Shown: positions 57,041 to 64,000 of the stretch, one piece after another
How positions within the stretch are numbered: position 1 is the stretch's first letter
How the letters are laid out: every line of letters starts with the position of its first letter
NCBI GenBank assembly: GCA_965218795.1
Contig: OZ244653.1
Coordinates: 1,920,001-1,984,000 of the forward strand
DNA: 64,000 nucleotides
Source of the DNA: a bacterium
GTDB taxonomy: Bacteria; UBA8248; JACPRG01; G963555815
Direction: 5' to 3'
Notes under the pieces: generated by a model
What the model was told of the DNA's origin: nothing
Seen by the model: only the letters and a program-made list of their open reading frames with translations
Databases searched by the model: none
Position numbers and translations under genes: made by a program

Positions 57041-58092
57041 CTAGATCTCCCTTTGCGCACTCTCACAGTCAACTCGCTGCCACCCATCAGACCTTGTGGG
57101 CGGATGATGAGCGCGGCGAGAAGCAGAACTGCGAGCACGACTTGCTGGCTGCCGGCCGGGATCGAGATCTCTTGAGAACCGACCGAGAATCCGTGCTGAA
57201 ACCTGCGCAACCCCTCGATGAGCATCGAAAGCAAGACGGCACCGACGACGGCGCCGCCAAGCGTCCCCGTCCCACCGATGACGAGCATCGCCAGCGTCAA
57301 GATGGTGAGGTCTAGGAAGAATGCCTGAGGACTAATCGAGCCGAGGAGGTGCGCGTACAGGGCGCCAGCGACGGCAGCCATGCCCGCGCTGAGTGCGAAC
57401 GCCAGCCGACGCTCTGCCTGGACGTTAACACCGATCGATTCTGCGGCGATCTCTTCCTCCCTCGAGGCCTGCAGCCGGATCCCGAATCGGGACTCCTGGA
57501 ATAGGTACACCAGCGAGATAAACCCAACAACCCAAGCGAGGGCAGTCCAGAGTGTCGTGTTCAGCGGTGTGACGATGAGCGTGAGCTTGCCGCGGGTTAC
57601 GTCCGCCCACTCGGACAGCACGACATTGATGATCACCAACACCGCGAACGTGCCGATTCCGGCGGCAAGCCCGGAGAGCCTCATCAGCGGCACAGCGACC
57701 AGATACGCAAGGACCATCGCGACCGCGGCGGCAATCAGCGCCGCCGGAAACGTCGGCGTGACGATGGTGGAGATGAGGTCCGGAAGCTGGGGTAGCTGGG
57801 ATGCTTTGACGGGCAGCGGCATCGTCAGGAGAGCCGACACGTAGGCGCCGATGCCCATGAAGCCCACATGGGCAAACGACAAGATCCCCGAGATCCCCAT
57901 GAACATATAGAGGGACAGGACAACGATCAGATTTACCAGCATCACCGTCGCACTCCGCTCGAGCGAAATCCCGCCCAGCGTCGACAACGCCGCTGCACTC
58001 ACCACCACGGCGATCGGCAACACCGCCGCGGGTAGCTCCCCCGGTAGGGTGCCCCACCAGGCCGAATTCAACTGTGGAGGCGACTTACTCAC
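57022..58092 (-). CDS. Branched-chain amino acid-type ABC permease (LivM-like), C-terminus altered by IS5
   Basis: GILSFAHVGFMGIGAY, AAESIGVN, LVIGGTGT, RPQGLMG. Confidence 0.88.
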   Translation of the reverse strand: MSKSPPQLNSAWWGTLPGELPAAVLPIAVVVSAAALSTLGGISLERSATVMLVNLIVVLSLYMFMGISGILSFAHVGFMGIGAYVSALLTMPLPVKASQLPQLPDLISTIVTPTFPAALIAAAVAMVLAYLVAVPLMRLSGLAAGIGTFAVLVIINVVLSEWADVTRGKLTLIVTPLNTTLWTALAWVVGFISLVYLFQESRFGIRLQASREEEIAAESIGVNVQAERRLAFALSAGMAAVAGALYAHLLGSISPQAFFLDLTILTLAMLVIGGTGTLGGAVVGAVLLSMLIEGLRRFQHGFSVGSQEISIPAGSQQVVLAVLLLAALIIRPQGLMGGSELTVRVRKGRSRDHLIN

Positions 58093-58099
58093 CTGAATA

Positions 58100-59002
58100 T
58101 CACACGCGCGCCACGGTGCCCTTGGCGACAAAGATCCCCTGCGGTCTGAAGAGCAGGACCACGATCACAGCCGCATAGACGAGCGCAGTGCGAAACGGCA
58201 CGATGTCCGCTGGCAGATACGCCTGAAGCATGATGAGCGTGGTGCCGAGGAAATAGCCGCCGAAGGCGGCGCCGGCGAGGCTTCCCATCCCGCCTATAAC
58301 GATCGCGACGAGGCCGATGAGGAGCGGCGCCAGTCCGCTGGTCGGCAGGACACCGCCGAACCTGGCGAGGTAAAGAATCGAGACGACTGCCGCGAGTAGC
58401 CCGCTGAGCGCAAAGGCAGCGCCGATCACCATGTTCGCGCGCACGCCGAGCATTCGAGCCATTAGGAAGTTCTCGGCCGAGGCGCGCATCTCGAGACCGA
58501 GCCTCGACCGTGCGAAGAACAATATCAGACCGACAAGCAACGCGACTGTCGTGATGACGGTGATGATATCTATCTTGCCCGCCTCGAACTCGCCGATAGC
58601 GAAGGACTCGGAGAGCTCTGGCGGAAACACGATCGGCACGAGATTGCCTTGGGGGGTGAGCGCGAGTCGCGCCAGATTCTGGAGTCCGTAGCTGACCGCG
58701 AAGGAAGTAATGAGCAGAGTCGCGGGCGATGCGCCGCGCACGGGGCGAAACGCAACGCGCTCCATGAGAAGCGCGAGCGCCGCCACCGCGAGAAGCGTAA
58801 TCAGCACGACGGCCGGCCACGGAACTCCGGTCGTCTGAAATGTCAGATACGCGAGAACGTAACCCCCAGCCATGATGAGCTCGCCGTGAGCGAAATTGAT
58901 GAGCCGCATGATCCCGAAGATCAGTGCCAGTCCCAACGCAACGAGCGCGAAGAGACCGCCGAGGCTCGCGGCGGTGATAGCATTCTGTATGAAGTAGCTC
59001 AT
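58100..59002 (-). CDS. Branched-chain amino acid-type ABC permease (LivH-like)
   Basis: ALGLALIFGIMRLINFAHGE, IGGMGS, RPQGIF. Confidence 0.92.
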   Translation of the reverse strand: MSYFIQNAITAASLGGLFALVALGLALIFGIMRLINFAHGELIMAGGYVLAYLTFQTTGVPWPAVVLITLLAVAALALLMERVAFRPVRGASPATLLITSFAVSYGLQNLARLALTPQGNLVPIVFPPELSESFAIGEFEAGKIDIITVITTVALLVGLILFFARSRLGLEMRASAENFLMARMLGVRANMVIGAAFALSGLLAAVVSILYLARFGGVLPTSGLAPLLIGLVAIVIGGMGSLAGAAFGGYFLGTTLIMLQAYLPADIVPFRTALVYAAVIVVLLFRPQGIFVAKGTVARV

Positions 59003-59724
59003 CGGCGCGATGGTGGGCAGACGGCGAGGTAGTAGCGTTCCAAATCGGATGGGTCGGCAATCGTCTCCGCCGCCACTTCGGCGATCACACGACCGGTCTG
59101 CATGACGTAGATTCGGTCCGCCAGTTCGGAGATGCGTCGCGCCTTTTGTTCGGCCAGAAGGAGTGTCATATCTTCCTTTCGCAGCTCCATGAAGGTCTCG
59201 AAGAGGCGCTCTATCACCATGGGAGCCAATCCCAGCGTCGGCTCGTCGAGCAGCAGGATTCGAGGTTTGGACAACAACGCGCGAGCGATCGCGAGCTGCT
59301 GCTGCTCTCCTCCGGAGAGCTTGCCCGCCGGAGTGCGAAAGAGCGGCGGAAGGGACGAGAACAGCGACGCTATCCCGTCGAAGTCAGTTTTGTCAAGGCG
59401 GTTCCGAGGCCTGGTGGTCAATCCAAGTCGGAGGTTCTCTTCAACCGTGAGCGTTTGGAATAGGCCTCGGCCTTCGGGAACGAGGCTGACGCCCTTGCGG
59501 GCGATCTGCTCGGGCTTGAGGTCGACGAGCGAGTGACCATCGAGTAGAATATCGCCCGAATCGGGCTTGAGCGCTCCGGCGATGGTGGCCAGCACCGTCG
59601 ACTTTCCCGCGCCGTTGGCACCCAGAAGGGCGACCGTCTCGCCCTTGCGCACCACGAGAGAGGCCCCACGAACCGCTGCGATTCGGCCGTAGCTGACCGA
59701 GAGGTCCGTGATCTCGAGCATCAA
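58999..59724 (-). CDS. ABC ATPase (LivF-like)
   Basis: GANGAGKS, VPEGRGLF, LSGGEQQ, DEPTLGLAP. Confidence 0.92.
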   Translation of the reverse strand: MMLEITDLSVSYGRIAAVRGASLVVRKGETVALLGANGAGKSTVLATIAGALKPDSGDILLDGHSLVDLKPEQIARKGVSLVPEGRGLFQTLTVEENLRLGLTTRPRNRLDKTDFDGIASLFSSLPPLFRTPAGKLSGGEQQQLAIARALLSKPRILLLDEPTLGLAPMVIERLFETFMELRKEDMTLLLAEQKARRISELADRIYVMQTGRVIAEVAAETIADPSDLERYYLAVCPPSRR

Positions 59725-60487
59725 GATCCACCCGCACCGAGATATGCTGCGACGACGCGTTCGTCGGCTTGAACCTCCTCCGGCACGCCCACGCAGATGG
59801 TCTTGCCGGCGTCCAGCACCTGGATTCGTTCGCAGAGACCCATCACCACGGTCATGTCATGCTCGATCAGCATCACTCCACATTCCTCTTCGACGCGAAG
59901 TCGATCGACGGTCTTCATCAGTCCCTCGATCTCGACCTCGCTCAGGCCCGCCGCCGGCTCGTCGAGAAGAAGGAACTTCGGGGCGGTGGCGGTCGCCCGC
60001 GCTAAGCTGACGCGGCGCTCTTCACCGAGGGGCAGGGCCGAGGCGAGAAACTCGGCCCGGTGCGCGAGTTCGACACGCTCAAGCGCGGTCCACGCCCGTC
60101 GTCGCGCCTCACGACGGCTGAGACCGACCGCAAGGCCGCTGACCTCGACGTTTCGAAGCACCGAGAGCTGTGGGAAGAGGCGGACGCCCTGAAAGGTGCG
60201 CGCAAGCCCCATTCGCGCAAGCCGATAAGGTGGCAAGCCCCCTATGTCGGCCACGCCCAACTTGACGGTGCCCGTGTGGAGACGCTGAAAACCGCTCAGA
60301 GCGTTCAAAAGTGTGGTCTTCCCCGCACCATTGGGGCCGATCAGGCCTAGGATCTCCCCTCGGCGCAGGCGCAGATCGACCCCGTCCACGGCCCTTACAC
60401 CGCCAAAATGAACGCGGATTCCTGCGCCTGTAAGCGCGTCCGGTGCGTCCTCGCGCCACGTTTTGGAGACGGCCGGGAGATGTCTCA
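59721..60487 (-). CDS. ABC ATPase (LivG-like), 5' end separated by IS insertion
   Basis: GPNGAGKTT, ARTFQ, DEPAAGL, IEHDM, VVAAYLG; the ORF-track start at 60524 lies inside the IS end. Confidence 0.85.
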
Positions 60488-61360
60488 GTATCTGTTTCGG
60501 AATGCATTGAAGCATTTCAAGCACTTGCGATCCTGCGTGTGAGTATCTGTATGCTGGCGATCAGCAGCCAAGCCATGCGACGGCGCGTTCGACGACCCAG
60601 CGTCGAGGCAATGGCACGAAGCCCTTGGCCGTGGTGGAGCGCTTGACGATCTCCAATGTCCAGATGCCGAGCCTGGCCAGCGGGTCAGCGAGTTTCGGCC
60701 CGCCGTAGGCGCCATCGGCAAAGAAGTACCGAAGCCAGGGGAAGGCATATCGGATCGAGGCCAGCACTGCCGGCGTGCCGTCGCGGTCTTGGATGTCGGC
60801 GGCATGGACAACGACGCCGACCAGTAGCCCGCAGGTGTCGGTGATGATGTCACGCTTGCGTCCCTTAATCATCTTGACTGCGTCAAAGCCACGGATACCG
60901 CCGCTTTCCGTCGTTTTCACAGACTGGCTGTCAATCACGCCGGCCGACGGGCTGGCCTCGCGCCCGGCGCTTCCCGCGCCGCCATGAGAAGGTGATGGTT
61001 CATGGCACGCAACGTACCATCGCAGCGCCAAGCGTGAAAGTATCGCTGAACCGTACCGCGTGGACGGAATTCCCTCAGCAGCATCCGCCATTGGCAGCCG
61101 GTGCGGGTCATGTACAGGATCGCGTTCAGCACCTCGTGTAAATCGGTGATGCGCGGTTGCCCTTGTTCTTTGCGGGCGGGAAGCAACGGTTCAGTCAAGA
61201 ACGACTCCTCATCCGTCAGGTCACTTGCGTAGCGAAGCGTCCCCCGGTCATACTGAGCGCAAGTGATTTCAGTCCACATGTTTTATCCCCTCGTATGGTC
61301 GAACAGAAACGAGAGAACCACAACAGACTAAAGTCACTCAACTCTTTTCGTGCCAGACAC
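60488..61360 (-). mobile_element. IS5-family (IS1031/IS427-type) element, transposase frameshifted and C-truncated
   Basis: MWT..R.LRYASDLTD, TGCQWR.L, IDSQSVK, KGRKR..TDT.G, ADGAY, RRWVVER; IRs GTATCTGTTTCGGAA / TTTCGTGCCAGACAC; TCA/TTA flanks. Confidence 0.88.
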
Positions 61361-61432
61361 TTAGGACCTGCAACGACGTTCACTTACTGCACTTGTCCGA
61401 CGGCTTCGCCGTTCAAGCCGTCGGTTACTCCT

Positions 61433-62623
61433 TTACTGGTCGGAAACGAGGATTTTCTCCGGAACGAACTTCGTTACGAAGGCGAATGTCTTGCTCTTGA
61501 TTTCGTGGATGGCGATACTCCTCTTGAACGGCATGTGCCACTTCGGAGTAAACGTCGTGAGGCCGGTGATGCACTCGACGTCTTCGAACTGCTCGAACGC
61601 CTGAGTGACCGCCGCGCCGTCTACCGAGCCCGCCCTCTTGACCGCCTCTGCATAGAGCTGGACCGCGCAGTAGCCCTCGGCGGCGTGGGACCTGAATAAT
61701 TCTTGCCCGGTCCGTTCGCGGAAATCGTCATAAAAGGCATTTATCTTCTGATCCGGATCCTTCCCAAGAAAGTTGGCCCGCGTCATGACGAACGCGTTAT
61801 CGAGCGCCGGAACCGACTCGAGCCAGTCCAGACCTTCCATGCCGGCGCACAGCACGATCGGCGCCGAAATACCGGCAGCACGGATTTGCCGAATCGCCGA
61901 CGGGCCGCCGGGCGGGAACGAGCACATCCCGATAACGTCGAACTCGTGGTTTTGCATCTGCGCGATCTGCGTAGCGATCGTGGGATCGTTGTTCTGGAAC
62001 GTCGCGTCACCAACGATTGTACCGCCAAAGAATTCATGGTGCTTTTTGAAGTTTTCAACCCACGACTGTGTGTATTTGAGGGTCATGTCTTCGAGCACGA
62101 ACGCTCTCGGCCAACTTCGCCCCTTTACCGCGAATTGAGCCGCTGCGGATGCCTCGGTCGGCGTTGAAATCGCCGTGTTGAAAGTCATCGGGGGCAAGCC
62201 GTTCGCACCGAGTTCCGGATCCGCGGCGCACAACGTCATGGAAGGAACGCCATTGGCACCGAACGTCACGGCGGGAGGGGCGGCGACATCAGGCGTGCAA
62301 GGGATCAACCCGAACACCGCACCTTCTTCGACCAAAGTCAGGGCCGCCGTCGCCGCGGTCCCCGGACCGCTTTGCGAATCGGCGATGATCCACTTGAGCG
62401 GGCGACCTAGCACCCCGCCAGCCTTGTTGATGTCCTCGACGGCCATGCGCGCGGCAAGCGCCCCAGGATAATCTAGGTACCTCATCCATCCGCTGACACC
62501 GGCAACGACGCCGATCACAATCGGCTTTCCCGAAGGGGCCTCGGCCGCTTGGCTCGGTGCTGCGAGCAAAAGCAGGCTCGAGACCACCAGCATCGCCATG
62601 GTCTTGGCATAATGGCTGATCAT
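61433..62623 (-). CDS. Branched-chain amino acid-type ABC substrate-binding protein (LivJ/K fold)
   Basis: Signal peptide, PIVIG, MAVEDINKAGGVLGRP, EAVKRAGSVDG. Confidence 0.9.
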   Translation of the reverse strand: MISHYAKTMAMLVVSSLLLLAAPSQAAEAPSGKPIVIGVVAGVSGWMRYLDYPGALAARMAVEDINKAGGVLGRPLKWIIADSQSGPGTAATAALTLVEEGAVFGLIPCTPDVAAPPAVTFGANGVPSMTLCAADPELGANGLPPMTFNTAISTPTEASAAAQFAVKGRSWPRAFVLEDMTLKYTQSWVENFKKHHEFFGGTIVGDATFQNNDPTIATQIAQMQNHEFDVIGMCSFPPGGPSAIRQIRAAGISAPIVLCAGMEGLDWLESVPALDNAFVMTRANFLGKDPDQKINAFYDDFRERTGQELFRSHAAEGYCAVQLYAEAVKRAGSVDGAAVTQAFEQFEDVECITGLTTFTPKWHMPFKRSIAIHEIKSKTFAFVTKFVPEKILVSDQ

Positions 62624-62721
62624 ATCTCCTCCCTCCCGCGGTGGTGTTGGCACGCGGCCCAAGAAAGGGGTCGCTTTAGCCGGTCTCGTTCAGACCTTTA
62701 TTTTAGCACCGGTGACCGCGT

Positions 62722-63972
62722 TGACCAGACCGATTTTTTGTACCACTTATTGGGAGAGAGTTTACATGACAGCCTGAGGCTGTGAAACCGGTTTGGGGGG
62801 AAGGAATGGATTGCAGACCTCCGGCGCCGGGGGCCGATAATTCAGCGCCGAGTGCGGTCTCCGGGTGTTATATTCCTCCCGCCATGGCTCAATCACAATC
62901 TGGGCCTCCTTCAACGAATAGAAGATCTCACCATTCAGGCATTCGTCTCTCAGCTTCCCATGGAAACGCTCACAATACCCATTCTCCCAGGGACTGCCGG
63001 GTTCGATGGATAACGTTCCGGTCCCAAGCTTCTCCAGCCACTGGCGCAAGTCCCGGGCCAGAAACTCTGGGCCGTTGTCGGATCGAATATGCTCCGGGAC
63101 CCCTTGCCACACCATCACGTCCGACAACGTCTCGATCACCTCCGGGCTGCCTATCCTCCGCTCGACTCGGATGGCCAGGCATTCCCTCGTAACCTCGTCC
63201 AGCAGCGTCAGAAGCCGCAGCGTTCTTCCATCGTGCGTTCTGGCGCTGACAAAATCATAGCTCCAGACGTGGTTCCGATGCTCCGGCCGCAGTCGCACAC
63301 AGGAACCGCCGTTCAGCCAGAGCCGTCTTCGGGGCCTTTGTTTCTGCGGCACTTTCAAACCTTCCCGCCGCCAGATTCGCTGCACCCGATCCTTCCCCAC
63401 CGGCCAGCCCGAGCTCTGCAGCAACGCCGTGATTCGTCGATAACCGTACCGCCCGTACTGCGCCGCCAGAGCCACCACCGCTCGTGTCAGCTCATCCTCG
63501 TCCAACCGATCCATCGGCCGGTATCGTTGCGTTCCCCTCCATTGCCCCAGCAGCCGGCAGGCGCGCCGTTCCGACAGGCCATACTTCCACCGCGCACACT
63601 CCACCGCGCAACGTCGCCGCTCAGGGCTCAGAAGTTTCCCTGGGCTACCTCCCGTAGCACTTGCTTCTCCAGCGACAACTCGGCCACCAGTCGCTTCAAC
63701 CGCGTATTTTCCTTCTCGAGCTCCTTCAGCCGTTTCGCCTGATCCAGCTTCAGCCCTCCATATTCCTTCCGCCAGCGGTAATAAGTCTGGGTGTGGATGC
63801 CGGCTTCCTTGCAGGCTTCGGGAGCCGTCTTCCCGTTTGCCATCTGCACTTCGATCTGCCGCAGCAAGGTCACAATCTGCTCTGCTTTGTACTTTCGGAT
63901 CGGCATGTCCAGCTTCCTCCTTCGTGAGATCCTCTCTCACTTCCGCTGGTACATAAAACGCCGGTCAGGTCA
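62722..63972 (-). mobile_element. IS3-family element (IS407 group), apparently intact
   Basis: IRs TGACCAGACCGATTTTTTGTACCA / TGGTACATAAAACGCCGGTCAGGTCA; orfA 63628-63906; orfB to 62762 with WSYDF, SDNGPEF, PWENGY.E; GGGAAAC frameshift site at the orfA end. Confidence 0.94.
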
Positions 63973-64000
63973 ACGGGTTGCTTCCCTCGGGCGCTACACC

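Overview
GC-rich bacterial genomic window with three zones. (1) 1-8.4 kb is a defence/mobile patch: a type I restriction-modification locus (hsdR-hsdM-hsdS, EcoAI/EcoEI-like), IS3 and IS481 remnants, a DUF4338 (DruA-like) fragment, IS66/ISBst12-type ends with a MITE, and a Panacea antitoxin whose toxin partner is IS-truncated. (2) 8.5-53.5 kb is metabolic: creatininase and deaminase, a DtxR + diheme cytochrome + PhnD/C/E-like ABC operon, three UbiD paralogs, pntAA/AB/B, arsC + MIP channel, an HcrABC-like molybdoenzyme, aminotransferases, cupins, a probable UGA-readthrough DsbA/FrnE selenoprotein missed by the ORF track, a squalene/phytoene synthase, tRNA-Arg(CCT), larE-larB-larC + ThiS/MoaD, gdh, TlpA, a pentaheme cytochrome and a secreted Met-rich repeat protein. 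(3) 53.6-64 kb is an IS-riddled branched-chain-type ABC + fourth UbiD operon in decay, plus an apparently intact IS3. The most unusual signal is a conserved non-coding element of about 170 bp, present as inverted copies at ~6576-6745 and ~53510-53681. It brackets the central region, and IS66-type elements/MITEs have inserted at the identical 8-bp position in both copies (in tandem on the left), which suggests site-specific landing-pad targeting. All calls come from motif recognition by eye; no database searches were run.
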